Shown one piece after another: positions 10,143 through 24,019 of a DNA stretch of 35,141 bases. The notes beneath the pieces are model-generated. The model saw only the letters and a program-made list of their open reading frames with translations, was not told where the DNA came from and did not search any database. Each line of letters opens with the position of its first letter. The stretch's first letter is position 1. The position numbers and the translations under genes were made by a program. Source of the stretch: Microthyrium microscopicum (lineage: Eukaryota); assembly GCA_010405405.1 (NCBI GenBank), contig MU004236.1, positions 756,576 to 791,716 of the forward strand, read 5' to 3'.

Positions 10143-11626
10143 TCATCGCTGCGCGTCGAAGGAATATGGTGTCGGGAAGTACATGCTTGCTGAGAGGCCA
10201 AAGGGATCGGCGTCTAGCATAGGATCTGCTGGATCGAAGCTGCTTGGTACACCGCCATTTTGGGCACCGGATGTTGCAGCTGGTTGCTGTGGTTGTGATT
10301 GAGGTAAATTTGGGTTTATGGGGGAGGGAGGTGGCATTCCATGTTGGACTTGGGGAGGTACTGGAGGTGCGAAGGATGAGGCTGAAAATGTTGCATTATC
10401 AGGTTCTTGCTCATCGAGCATATTTGCTTGAGCATCATACTCTTGATCTATAATCACACATTAGCACCTGGGCGGAAAGACTGCTGCGGCCGCGAAGAGC
10501 GGACTAGCTGGTATTCACGCACCTAATTGATCGTAATGGCTTTGGAAGGGCGATATGAAATATTGTGATTGTGGATCTTTGGGACCTGAGCTTCCACTTA
10601 AAGACGAGTTGCCAGAAGCAGTCGATTGAGAGCTGGATATAGGGTGGTGTTGAGCGAAGGCGGGCCGTACTGGTTGGTTGAATTGTGCTCGAAGCTGTGG
10701 TTGGGGCCTTATATGTTGGCCATTTTGGCCTATTGGTCCAAATGAAGGGGATATGGCTCCTCCTTGCTGTGGTATAAAATTAGGTGATCTTGCCATTGGT
10801 GCTATAGGCGATGGAAGATGTGATGCGGAGGTAGCTTGAGAAAGCGGCGATCTCGATTGAACTATCACATTCTCCCCTTGTCCATCGGACTTCGCAGATA
10901 TAGAAAGTGGCCTACGAGCAGCACCATATTTGCCCATAGGAAACCGCCCAATGCCTTGATTTGCGCCTGGTCCAGGAGGTACTCGTGTAGGGACCAGATT
11001 TGGACTGGTTTTGGCGTGTAGTTCGGCTTGAACATCAATACCTGAAAAGATGTCAGTCTACAATATTGACATAGCTCAATAATGTATCCATACCCTTCTC
11101 CACTAATATTCGCTCAAGCAACGAATTCTTATATCTCAGCATCAAGCACTCATCGGCAGCAGTTCGGTGACTGGCTTGTAGGCTTGCGAGATTCTCCTCG
11201 TGTGTTTTTATAGTATTCTCTAATTGTTTGATGTATTCTGTTCGTCGTTCTCGAAAAGCTGCCTGTGCTTGCCGATTACGTTGTTTACGCTCTTCCGAAG
11301 TTGCATATATCTACCAACACCATACGTCAATAAATAGAATTCTGTAAAGCCAATGGCTTATGGGAATGTTCGCATACCGGTTTGCGACCGCCTTTTCGTT
11401 TTTGCGGTTGTGGTGGAAGTTCTTGTTGTGGGGTATGGCCGTCAAGGTCATGTTCATTGTCGAGGTCATGATCGGGTAGTTCGATTTCATTGTCTTGTTC
11501 TGGGTCGGGAGTGGATTCTGATGACGAAGGAGACCTTAGCCCATCTCCGTTTAAAGATGCAGAGAGGGCGGTCTCCTCGGATTTTCCTACAGCGGTGGGC
11601 ATTCGTTGTGCTGGCATGTCACCCAT
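10143..11626 (-). CDS. bZIP (AP-1/Yap-like basic region) transcription factor, about 429 aa
   Basis: Exons 11626-11378, 11310-11094, 11041-10523 and 10447-10143. The basic region and zipper KRKGGRKP|IYATSEERKQRNRQAQAAFRERRTEYIKQLENTIK...LRYKNSLLERIL lie in an exon missed by the ORF track. The C-terminus is P/Q/S-rich. The exact start ATG (11626 or 11617) is uncertain. Confidence 0.9.
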
Positions 11627-12005
11627 GCTCTGCAGGCGCACACGTCTCCAGCTTTGGATCCACTGCTGAGACCTCACAGATTGAGGCTCAAGCTGCAAGC
11701 TCAACTAGACGGGAGCCAAGCGCGCGGAGAAGGAAATACAAGAAACGAGAGATCGAGGTTGGAGTTACGAAATCGAGAGCTGAGTTGGATGATGGGATGG
11801 GGTAACACTTAGAACAGCGAAACCTACGAAAGTAGGCTAACCTGTGCAACCATCAAGTCAAAGTGTAGCCGCAGCTCAACGAAACGCTGCCTGGGGGGAC
11901 GCGACAAGGTTGGCGCGCCGAGAAGCGTGGAATTCAGGACCCAAAGGGTTGGAGAACTGGCCGAAAATGGTGTTTATTTACGGCGAAGTAAGTCAGGAAA
12001 GTAGG

Positions 12006-12046
12006 TAATGGAAAGATAAGAGATCCACTGCCTAATGGAAAGATAA
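12006..12046. repeat. Direct repeat of TAATGGAAAGATAA (2 copies, 27-nt period), each containing a GATA site, upstream of the bZIP gene
   Basis: Exact 14-mer at 12006-12019 and 12033-12046. Confidence 0.6.
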
Positions 12047-14983
12047 CAGAAACTGCTGGGGGGAGGGCACTTTGGGCGACGAGCGGCGAGAAGCAAAAGA
12101 GGATGAAATTTTTTTACCTTATGGAATCAAGACTTTGTCCCCCTCTTAAGGACTCAGGGCCTGGCTTTACTGGCTGTGGGGCTTGTCCACCAATGATACT
12201 TAATTTTGTCTGGAGCGACTGGGGAGCGATGTGAACGTGTTCGGCCAACCTTACCGTAGTCTAGGTACAGTACATACTGTACGTGTCTCTGGACGGGCTT
12301 GATGGACACCACTCACGGGCTTCATAGGCGACAGATCAGATCCAACCGGTTCTTGACCTTCTGGTCCGCTGACCTGGAATTTTATGCCATATGGTTTGTC
12401 TCAAGCCTCTACCAAGCTCTGCTCGGATAGCAACCGGGCGTCAACTACAAATACTAGGCAAGGCGAATATCGAATGCATCAACTGGTCTTGGGATTGCGC
12501 AGTTGAGCAGCAGCGGCGCACTCCGATGTACAAAGATGCCGACGAAGCCGCAAAGGATGTGAAATCTCCGCAAGGTTTGGTACAATGGCGCCGTAGTTAT
12601 GTGGGGTGATGGTATAGAGAACGAATCAGATCTATCATATGAAGACGTGGGCGTGCTTTGGTTGGCCATTTTCAGTGCGGAGCAGAAGAATTTAGTGCCT
12701 GCTCTGCATGATAGCGATGCCCATGTGCGGCAACGAATTGCTACCTGACTTCAACTTCATCAGACCTGAGTTGAGTTGATAATTCCAGATATTTATCCTA
12801 TAAAGCGGCCAATACCGAATCAATGACAACTATAACCAGTTCGTACCCGTCGCGCTATTTCGGGTTTTCTTATAATCTCAGTAAGTTGGGGTACTGAGAG
12901 CGATGTACATCTTTTACCTGGCATGTCATCCGCGGAGATGCAATGAACGCCAAGAGTGCATCGTCAGGGTCAGCAGCAGCCCACAAGGCGTGTGGCATTA
13001 TTTTGGAGACTTGCTTCAACCCACCGTCCTTTAACATGCCATGGATAACCTTGTTGTCCATCTTGCGTTCTGCTCGTCAGTGGCTCGGGCTACCCGTTAT
13101 GGTTTATGGTTAACTAGCGCAACAAGGCGACATGATCTTTTCCCTGTCATCCCTTCTGAGCAATGACTTCTTGCTGATAGCTTTCTGATCATTGTTTATC
13201 GGAACTTTTGACACTGTCGCCAATATCTTGGATCAGCAATCGCTGCCTCCAAGGATGCAAGCACTCGGACAGCTCGTATGTAGGAGATATACATTTCAAA
13301 TCCACCTGGCGTGGGATATCTCAAACCTGCAACCTCCATAGTCGCAAGTATTACTATGCCATCCTCGATTCATGGTAAAGAGCTAGGAAGGCCATTACGG
13401 AAGATATCAATGGAGGCAACGGAAAGCTTATGCTCAAACCATTCAACCATCTCGGATCCTCGGAATATTAGCTGGATTGAAAGCCCCATTGCTACTCGCG
13501 AGATCCTATTAAGGACATGTGATCTCACGATGTAACATGCTCTGACCCTTTGCCACTCCAATCAGAAATTTCCACCAAAATTGAAGAATTCCGAGCTGTT
13601 TGTCTGGCTTGACAAGCGCTAACTCAATCCAAGATTCATCATCCAGCCGGAAGCTGCACGCGTGTAAAGCAATGTTAGCACCGATTAAGCAAAGAAGCAA
13701 TGCCTTGAGGGAACATGAATCCAGCAATTGCTCTTTTAAAGTACCAACAAGCGCATCATTCAATATCTACCGGACTGCCATTAAACCCTATAATAGTAGA
13801 CCTACTTAGGTATGTAGGTTGCTACATCAAAAGTACCATCTTATCGGTAGGCTCTCGGCCAGAGCCTGCATTTGACGAGACGTCGTTGGAATAGAGTAAT
13901 CCGGGAGAACGCGTGGAACCTCGTGCTCCAGCGCTCCTTCCATTGTGACCTACCAAGTATAGCAATCGAGGCAGGAGCATGCTGTATGCACGTAGCAGTG
14001 CAGGAAGGAGCACCTCAACTACCTACCCATCCAAGCTCGAGATCCCAACTTCAATCCTTCGGCCAAGATTCATTCGACACAAACGTCTAACCATCCCATT
14101 GAATTCAGTCATCTCTGCTCCCGTTCCACCAGTCGTAATACTCTTAGAGATCTCGTCTGCGCCATGGCGTTTGGACAATAATAAGGATCTTGTACTACTG
14201 CGAGTATGAATTTGACAGGCGCAGACACCTCATCGGCAATAGCGATTGTCTGAAACACAAAAGCCTGCATGTAGGGAGGGGAGCGCCGAGCTCGTGAAGT
14301 AATGAAAGACAACCTGTCCCATTAAGAATGATAGCTACATCGTCTTTGACCAACGACAAGTGCCTGGTACTTTGTCCACACCTTACTTTTTCACCACGTC
14401 TGATGGAAACATATTATGCAACTTCAAGGCATTGCTCTATACAGAACGCAACGAATAGATGTCAGCGAAGCGAGCACAGAGTAAGTCGAGAAGCTCAGAC
14501 TTCCTGTTTCACCTCACACTCTTGAATTGCAAGCGCGATCACGCAAAATCTATCCAGGCAAGTACTAATAAAAGGAGAGGTAAGTACAAACAGCATATGT
14601 TCCTGGTACTACCTATGTTCTGGAATCGACGCATCGATTCGATCTATCTCGCTCGACTTGTACCATCTCAGCAACTAAGATGAACCATTCGATCCACATG
14701 TATTGTGCATCTCTCGGATGTTTGTTCATATAGTCATGACAGCCTCGCTTTTCAACGACAGCTCACAGGCACCTACCCTACAACTGGCCTCCGCGATACA
14801 ACTTATCTGATCGACTGAAGCGCGAATCTTTGCACACTCACTGCGCATCCTCCTTCCTAGAACAAGCTCTGTTGCGATAGCACACTTTGCCGTCTCTCGT
14901 TTCGAGGCCCATTCGAGGAGAGCTAGCTATTTGGCAGCATAGGCCTCGTTCGAGGCAAAAAGTGCAGAATATACTTAGACAGA

Positions 14984-17494
14984 ATGAAAAATCCCGCCCC
15001 TTTGCCATGGACAAACGGAAACGTGCCCCCATGGGCCGCCAAACTTCGACCACTTTCAGACATTCGGGAAATGACAGAGCCCAGCTTGATCGATACCGCA
15101 AACAGAGACCATGATTTGTCGCGAAAGCCATCTATCAGCCGCGCAGATTCGCTTAGTCGAAAGACTTCTCTCAAAAGGAAGAAATCATTAGCGAGGAATG
15201 GCTCTCAACATAGCCTTGCGCGATCTGGGCATACAATCGCGGAAGTGGAGGCGTCAGTCTCCCTACATAGCATTCAAGTGGAAACCCAGAGCGACCACTC
15301 CAGTGCTTACAGCCTTTCTCTGGAAAATGTGCCGCCCAGATCATCTTCGCGACGGAATTTGGATATTCGAGGACGCAGTCTGCCACTCCTGAGGCAGCCG
15401 GATTCTACAACAGCTTTGACAGGCAGCCAAATATCATTGCTGGACCCAAAGCCAATGGGATATAGAATGCCAAACAAAGCTGCTCCAAGATCCCCCCTCA
15501 AAAAGATGATATCTAGGGACAGCCTTTCTCAGCTAGTCCCTGGACGACATCATGGACCCAGAACATTCATTCGAACGACAAACCCAAACACAGATATCAT
15601 TGATTTTCCGACACATCGACACCCGCGAGTCTCTGCAGACTTACAAGTTGGATCTGCACTATTCTTTGGCGGTAGCACTATTGAAGGTCGCATCAAAGTC
15701 AATGTGCAAGACGTTTACCGCGCGAAACACAAGGCGCAATTTGCTATTGGTCGAGTCTCTTTAGATTTGCTTGGAATTGAGGAAATGAATGGAGCTAAAA
15801 GAAGTATATTCCTCAACCTGGCTACCGAACTGATCGATCATGCCCATCCTCCACCTCATCAAATGGTTACTTCCTTGAAGCAAATTTCTCCGACGGATCC
15901 ATTCTGGCTACTTGCTCCTTCTTTATCAAGCCTTCCATTCATTTTAAACCTACCTGTGGATATTGGACCGCCTTCTTTTCAGTCAAAGCACGCAAGAATA
16001 CGATATACGCTTGCGGTCACTATCCTTGTCCGTGATCAAGGGAAGCAATATCTGGTCCGGTCTTCTCAGGAGATCTCTGTTCTTCCAGTATATGATCGTA
16101 AGTTGTCGAGTTTCTGTCTCTGTATAATACTGAAAGGTAATCAGCCGAGAAAGCTTTAGTGTCACTACCAATTCCTTTGACCGTCTCGGACGAATACACC
16201 CGAAGTCGCGACATTTCACAGAGAATTCATGTTACAGCTGGACTTCATAGACAAGTTTGGGTGTGCGGCACCAGTATCTTTGTCGACACTCGCATCGAAA
16301 ATCAGATGAAGAAGCCGATCAAAAGAATGGAACTACAAGTGGAGAGGAACATCCTCTTTTACAAACATGTGCGTAATCCACAACTCACGATACATCGACC
16401 TAATCATAGCGCAGACTGCTGCCACACTGGAGCGTACTGTGAATCAAGCTCGCGTTTTCGACTCGAACGAACGTATTGTATTAGGCAAAAAGCTGCTCAA
16501 GGCATCCCCGTCCTCTAACTGGGCTGGTGTCGCACCTGGCTCTACAGAAATACGAACCTTTGATCTCGAGCTCCCAAGAGGAAACGCCACTGTAAAATGT
16601 GGCAAATTCTTTGAGGTCCGATACTTTCTCAACGTGTTAATCGGTTCTTCATCAAAACCAAAGCTGATCAATCTACAACTTCCTATTGTGCTGATCCACA
16701 TGAATTCTCTCGACGTTGTCCCCAATGCAGTGGCCAACGTTGCCAACGCCTCCGAGGCCAAATCTTCCCGTGTTATAGTCCCTACAAATCGGTCACCAAA
16801 GCGCCTGAGAGCGACCGAGGGTGGGCCTATCCAGGGTCGAGCTTTCGCTGCACCTCGCAAGCAAAGTCAAGAGCGTGTACGAGAAGAGTTGGTGAAGGAG
16901 GACATTGCAGAACTGAGTAAGATTCTGGATGCCTCTCCACGACGCTACAAACGAGATTTACAGCAGCGTCCTCCAGGAATTCGCCACAAACCAAACAGCA
17001 ACCACGTCCACGGGAACTCATCTTCCTCAAATGTTATGCCTATGAAGAAACTAGGGGAGCGACAGTCAACTGTGCTATCAAATGACCAATCCTCATCAGC
17101 ACATCACCTCCAGCCACCATTCCGAGGCCCTGCGCCGAGGTGGCCTCCAAGAAGGGTATTGCTAGATCCACCGAACACTCCGTTTGAGGACGCCCGCAAC
17201 CGGCTGAGGAGGATACGAAGCGCAGAAGTCTTCCGTAGCAACTCATTAGTGCGACCGGGTCCACTTCCTAATCCTGGCAAAACACCGAATCGAGCTTTAC
17301 AGGAGATACCACTCTCACGGGCTAGCAACAACAAACAAACCGAGACGACAATTCAGACTCAAGAATTCCATCGTATAACAAGGCGGCGACCACCTATGAA
17401 GACGGTGGAGAGGAGTGAGGTATCCGCAGCTTGGATCAAGGAGGGAGGGAAGACACCGCAAAAGAATCCGAGAAGGGATGGAAACTGGATATGA
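14984..17494 (+). CDS. Arrestin-fold (arrestin C-terminal domain) protein, about 805 aa
   Basis: Exons 14984-16097, 16145-16368 and 16415-17494. Motifs FFGGSTIEGRI, LDLLGIEE, LPFILNLPVDIGPPSFQSKHARIRY, YDPEKAL, GLHRQVWVCG and TVKCGKFFEVRYFLNV. Disordered basic termini. The start could lie in an upstream exon. Confidence 0.8.
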
Positions 17495-17943
17495 TATAGT
17501 GATTCAGATCAAAGGAACTATTCCTATCTGAGTAGCATATATAGCGTTGGAAGTTCAGCAAGGCTGTTTTGGATTCTAGATGAGGTTTGTGCTGACAAGC
17601 ACGCACATATATAGGATAATTTTAATGCAGTTTTGGGTATTACTCGATCTGCCATTGATCATCAAAGAAATAGTATACACCTTCATAATAGATTCTGTCA
17701 AAAGCCGAAAGTATATTTTATCAACGAAATCTTATTCGTACATCGATATCTGCCCCCAGAGCTCTTTTGCAGCCCCCGCCAATTCTAACCATCTCTTTGC
17801 TTACCAGCCTCGTCTAATCTTTCGAAAGCTCTCAAAGCCATCGAAAAGCAACTAGATAACCAATCTAGATTGCCTTCGATAATCTCTCCGGGACCCCAGG
17901 TCTGTTTGATCTCGTCACATGGCTGGCGAGCTTGTACTCGTCT

Positions 17944-19954
17944 ATGCCCTCTCGTGACTCCCCGGCTGCTGGTCTGCAACTTCACCGCCTCCCCTCGCAT
18001 GGCGACTCCAACACCACTAATGGCCTCGAGAGCACAGAAATGGACCGGATCTATCAGGATCCTCCTTTGAAACGTGACGATAGAGATAATGATGAACTTG
18101 ATCGGAGAACAGTTCGGAAACTTGATCGAGTTTTGCTTCCTTTTCTAGCGCTTTTGTTCTTGTTCAATTCGCTTGATAGGTCGAATGCTAGTATTCCTTA
18201 TCTCCTCATATGAAATCGCTTTACTAACTGTGACTAGATTGGAAACGCGGAGGTCAATCATTTTATTGTTTCTGCTGGATTGTACTAATCTAGCGCAGAC
18301 AGCGGACTTCACGAAAGATATTGGGCTTGAGCCAGAAGATCTGAATACGGCTGTAGCCATATTCTTCGTGTTCTTCGTGGCACTTCAGCCCCTTGGAGCT
18401 GCTCTTGGTAGAAAGTATGGAATGGCTAGATATGTTCCGTTCTGTATGACGATTTGGGGCGTATGCACTGCTATGCATGTTTGGGTACGAGCAAAATGGC
18501 AGCTTATCGCCCTTAGGATTATCATCGGGTCTCTGGAAGGTAAGTAACAACATCAAGCCAAAAGACAACCTAAGCTGACCAAAGCTAGCTGGGTTTTATC
18601 CCACCACTGTCTCATATCTCTCCTTGTTCTATACAGAGCACGAGTTTGGTAGGCGACTGGCACTGTTTTATGGTCAATATGCTATGGCTGGAGCACTGGG
18701 CGGAATACTATCCTATGCAGTATTTGCATATTTTCCAATCAGCTCGGGCGGTTCTCCCAATGAGGATGGACTGAGACCGTGGCAAGTCCTGTTCCTGCTG
18801 GAAGGTGGAGTCACTATCTGTTTGGCCATCACTGGGTTCTTCTGGCTCCCACATAATGCTAAAACTGCTTGGTTCCTGAAGGCCGATGAACGAGTCTGGG
18901 CAGAAGAAAGAATTCAGAAGGACAGAGCGAAAAAGACTTTGGCACAATCAACGAATCCTGCGCATGCTCAAGAGGATGAAGAAGATGGACCAGGGCCAGA
19001 GCTCGATGAAACTCGCAATCTTCTTGGTGAACAATCCGGGCAAGGAATTGCGAAGAGCTCCAAACGACTTCCTACTGATGATCGAGGACTCTCTCGACAG
19101 GATATCGTGGAAGCTCTACTGGACTGGAAGCTCTGGTATTTGCTATTTTGCAATATCTTATCCGCCATACCTGTCACTGCTTTTGGTATATTTCTACCGT
19201 TGGTCCTCAAATCACTTTCCGACTCTCCGGCTCATACGAACCTCTTGACTGCGCCACCGTTTCTTATCGGAGCCGTAGTGCTTTATGCTTTTACCCACTG
19301 GAGTGATATCTCAAGGCGAAGAATACAACCAATTCTTTGGAGTCTTGGCTTGCTGCTTGTTGGATTAGTTGGAGTAGTTTTACTTCCATCCTCAGCATCT
19401 ATCCTTCGATACCTGGCTCTTTGCGTTCTGCTCAGCGGAACATTCGTTGCCAGTCCATTGACAATTGCCTGGTTTGCTGGAAATATGCCAGAGACGGGCA
19501 AGCGAAGCGTTGTTCTTGGTATCAATGGATGGGGTAAGTTCAGAGCCAACTGCCAAAAGGAGCAAGATCAAGGCTAACATACATCTACCTAGGTAATCTT
19601 GCTGGAGTGTTTGCTTCACTTATCTTCCAGCCTCGTTTCGGTCCGACATATGCCACACCATTTTTTATCACGCTAGCTCTTGTGGCCGTAGCATTTATCG
19701 GCTATGCTTACTTTGGTCGAATGCTACTGGAAGTGAACAATGCGCGTAAAGCTCAAGTAGGAGAATGGAGCCATTCAGAAATAGAAGACGAAGTCAAATA
19801 TGGACGAGGGCCTATACCTGATGCTCGCGCACGATGGGTTATTACCCTAGCAAGACGAGTAGTTGGTGAAGCTCATGCTCGTCGTCTGACGGACTTCCTG
19901 CATTTGGAGGGTCGTCGAGGAGATGACAAGATGACGTTCCAATATGGTCTGTAG
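17944..19954 (+). CDS. MFS transporter, anion:cation symporter (Dal5/Tna1 allantoate/nicotinate permease-like) family, about 601 aa
   Basis: Exons 17944-18186, 18238-18252, 18299-18539, 18589-19533 and 19593-19954. Motifs RKLDRVLLPFL...LDRSNIGNAET, LRIIIGSLEAGFYP, LSLFYTEHEFGRRLALFY, WQVLFLLEG and AWFLKADER, plus many hydrophobic helices. Confidence 0.9.
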
Positions 19955-22900
19955 AGATGGTTTTTTGGAGTTGATGTATCGCTGCCTTAGCGACACTGTT
20001 TTTGGTTGTTACAATAATGACTGCATGGCATATTTGATACCACTAGCACGATCTGAACATTAATGCAGACATAATAGACTAATAAACGTGATCTGATACA
20101 TAAATGCAAAGGGAATCTGCTGCTCGAAGATAGATGTCTTGAACAAGCATCAAGTTCCAAGCATCATACACTGATTCATTGGAAACACCGAATCACATCC
20201 GCAAATGAGCTGAACAGCATCGGACATACATCACCTTGAATCTAGGATCCCATATGATGAAAATTCTAACACCCTAGGCCATTGGATTTACATAATTTCC
20301 ATGCTACTCTGGATATTTTTGAGCACGATTGCCGATTCTGATGTAAGCACGTGGCAAGAAGACCGAAACATGCTCGAAAGCACGCTGAATGGATCATTGG
20401 CTGTGAATATTCAGTGGGAATTTGAACTTTTGCATAACCTTGGACCGGACCGGACGAGCACAATATTTTGACGTGACCAAGGTGACCTATCCTCGGTTAT
20501 TAGCTCTTTATCGCATTGGATTACCCTTAGAGGAAGGAGAAAGAAGCGTAAAGGAGTTACGAAAGAAATTCCACCAAACTCAGCAATAGACTTTTTTTTG
20601 GGAAGAGCTTGTTCAGCGACATGGGGCCATCTGCAGGTACACGTTTACGTTGATCCCAACATTAGGTGATAATCCCATGATTCTCATCCAATCTAAACAC
20701 GCCGGCCAGAAATAAATCTGATCGACTCGGATTATCGATCTTGACAAGAACGCGGGCGGCAAGACACGGGATTATCAATTCTAAGCTCCCGAATAGCCTT
20801 AGAAAAAAAAAGTTGTCTGTAAATCCTGCCGGATTAGAGCTCGAAACAGCCCCAATCTTGCAAGAGCTAGGATAGAGTAGCTTTGTGGTGTGTGTATTTT
20901 TAGCGGTGCGATATGACAGGCAGAACTGATACCGTAATTATTGCGCCATCTGACGCCGCAGCCGGTAAGAGAATAGTTTCATCGCCAAACGCCTCGAATA
21001 GCCGCTTCTGGCGGCGCCACCAAAACTCGACGTCTGGTCTGTGGGGTAAGATAGGCGTCGTTCGGCTGAAGATAGACGTGTTTTCTTCGCGCTCTCACGA
21101 TAATTGTTTATCGCCACGCGTTCTGGATCAAAAAGGTTCATACTAAGATGAAGGCAAGTGAAGAATCAAGGTCCCAATAACTTCCGGTTACAGCCTTTAT
21201 CCTTGGGATTTTCTCTGGGATTGTGGGCTCAATGCACTGGATCGCCATATCTGTTATCGTTCAGCTTCCAGATTAGGGGAGCATGTGGCCAGGTCCGAAA
21301 GCGGCAGAGGACTGGGGAGGATACACAGAAAAATATTATTTTTTGATTCCAACTACTTCTTCTCGCGTCCACATGGATTTTTGCATTGACCAGTAGGCAT
21401 GGCAGCCTTACCACGAGGGTTGCTTTAGGCGTGCACGGGATATACTTCACCATCCAATCCGGTCTCTTGCTAAATGCTTGTGATAGAGGCCCGTAAGGCA
21501 GCTGATTGCTACCGAAGCTAGTTCTCGGTGTCTTCAAACCGTCAGTCGCTGAATCGCAGCCGATGAGCGATGAGATATTAAATCGGTAAGAATAGCACGT
21601 CGAACGGGCCAAGTCGTGATCTAAATGCCTGTGTGCTCTTCCTTTGTCAGGGCTGGGGGCATGCGAACTGTGATTTAGTGCGGGGGTTTCGACATATTGA
21701 ATCGAAAGTAGTTTCGAAAAGATACACAAAGAATATTTTTTTGGGACGAGTCCAAAAAGTGAGGTTATCGTGCATGAAATAGTTCGAGAATCATTGTTTC
21801 AACTCAGACTATAATTCGGGATCCTGAATCTTCTGGTGGACACTGGAGCTTATTATTGCAGGGCTCTCAAGCCACAATGCAAGCCAACCTACAAACATTT
21901 GGCGTTGTACGCCCACACGCCTGTCATTTCGATACCGAAAAGTGTGGAGGAGAGCTGCACAGCGCAAACTGATGAGCACATGGGAAAGGTGGGAAGCATG
22001 GTCACGAGTGGCCCCAATACACACACAAAGCACAGTGAAGAAAAGGCCACCTGCAGCTCTGAACTCAAAAAGCCCTTGGTTTGTTTCCCCCCTGCCGGCC
22101 TACGGGAAAAAGGTATGAGAGATTATGATAATGGGAAACTGCGGTACTTTCCAGTTGTACAGTATGCATACATTAGCCAGGTCGCACTTGAAATGATTGC
22201 GATTAGTGTATGAAGAGACGATATGCTGCACCAAAGAGCGCATGTAGTTGCGAAGTTGCGACAACGGCTTCGACAGTAATATTAACCGGATAGTGCTTCG
22301 TGGGCTGGTCAGCATCATCATACATGATGGCAATGACGAGATAGGTATATTTCCATGGCTCCGCCTCCCCGTCGGTCACCGATGGTGCGGTCACGTACCT
22401 GCGGATCGCTTCTTGTTTATTGTGTGTTTTCCAGCGAGTAAAGCACGGTAAATCAAGCTTAAGCAAGGCAAGACAAGGGCTCATAACGGGTGAATCCTTG
22501 AGGCCAGCTGAACAACTTTTATTTCCCTCCCAGACATGGAACTGGGAAGTTGGCAGTCTATCATTATCACCGTTGTATATCATAATATGTCATCAGATAG
22601 ATCATGCTCACAAGACAATACAACTTGATTCCGTATACTCCGTACAGAGGTACAAGCTGGCCTGGAGATCGGTCATATAGATAGAAGATGGATCTCCAAA
22701 TATAGCAGAGGATGATAAGGAGCATACGTCGTATATTGTTCTCTACCTATTACTAGGATTAAATAACTTTTGTCAATGTGTGCGAATGTTTCAATTGTTG
22801 CCATATTGCCATGTTGGCTGTCTGCCTTGCACCTTCCCAACAACTTGAAAGCAATAACCACATGTCTTACGCTTCTCTTTGATCTGATTATCTACGTCTT

Positions 22901-23770
22901 TTTTTATTCTATTGCGATTCAGTCCCCGAATCTATTCAAGTCTAGACGCGGTGGGCCACAACACCACCATATCTCTATCATAATCGCAATCTCCCACTTG
23001 TGCACTCCAGCCGTCAGTCAACCGCCGCCAGACTCCAGTAGTGCAGCGATTGGCAACAACCACCAACACATAAGCGCGCAACTCTAGTCGGGCGGCGAGG
23101 CTTGAAAGATTTCGGGTGTGGAGCAATCAATTCACCCCCAAACTCAGCTTGTTTCAACCAATTAATATTGCTGCCGTCTGTCCCTTGCCATCTTGATCCA
23201 TTATTGCGCGGGGTCTTTGCGCTTTGACAGAGGACTGGTCCGCTCTCTTGTCTCTGCAGTCTGCAGTCCGCAGTCCGTCTGCTTGCAAGGTGCCTTGTTC
23301 AGATCCGTAATATTTGTTCCCTTTCCCCAATTTCTTATTCCTATTCTTGTTCCTGCTTTCGAATCTCTGTCAACTGCTTCACCATACATACACTCCCTCT
23401 TGGTTCTATCTGCTACTTGTTCCCTTCTCTCTGCGACCTGCCGTCTTGCTTACCCACTTCTCCGTGTGCTCCTTGCTTCTTCAGCCTGTACAGTTGCTCG
23501 TCCTGGTCTGTTCCTGCATCCGGATCCCGACCCGGACATTTGCGCCCGCCCACGACTTCGAGTGTAGTCAGCGTGGTTCAGGGCCACGGTGCTGGAGATC
23601 AACAAGCGGATCGATATTAGCTAGACCACCATTAAATCGACGATCTCGCGGCCATCTTTTTATTCCACCATAATTTTATCAATAATCCAATATCCGTCTT
23701 CAAACGATTGGAATTCGGCCCCGAGCTGGTCGTGCTACATCAAACTTCCCACACCTGCCCACACACTGAG

Positions 23771-24019
23771 GTAAATACTACACCCATTAATCCGCATTCC
23801 TTCTTCCTTATCCTATTACTTCTGTCGCTACTACTGCAAATGCTGCTTTTGCATTGCTCTAGAGCTCATGATGCACTGTTGCTGCCAATGCGTCAAGGCG
23901 CGCATTCCGGTTCCTCTGTTCCACCTCTGTCCACCCACGCATTCCTTGTTCCCATGTTACTCCACTCCAACACAAGTTTTTTTTCAATGCCTGATCCAAT
24001 CCTTCTTTTCACAGTCTAG
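23771..24019 (+). other. Putative 5'-leader intron of the C2H2 gene
   Basis: GAG|gtaaat donor at 23771, cctgat branch-like site near 23990, a pyrimidine tract, and acceptor candidates cag (24014) and tag (24019) just before ATG 24029. Confidence 0.55.

Noticed and set aside
12390..14900. Scattered ORF fragments and splice-like signals suggesting a pseudogene
   Set aside because: I could not assemble a consistent frame or recognise a protein. A translated homology search would be needed.
2748..19954. NADase plus Tna1/Dal5-family permease as an NAD-scavenging gene cluster
   Set aside because: The genes are about 14.5 kb apart with unrelated genes between them, permease substrate cannot be read from sequence, and no nicotinamidase is present.
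21969..21998. CTGATGA followed by a short stem, resembling a hammerhead ribozyme core (similar word at 9481)
   Set aside because: No properly placed GAAA and no stems I or III.
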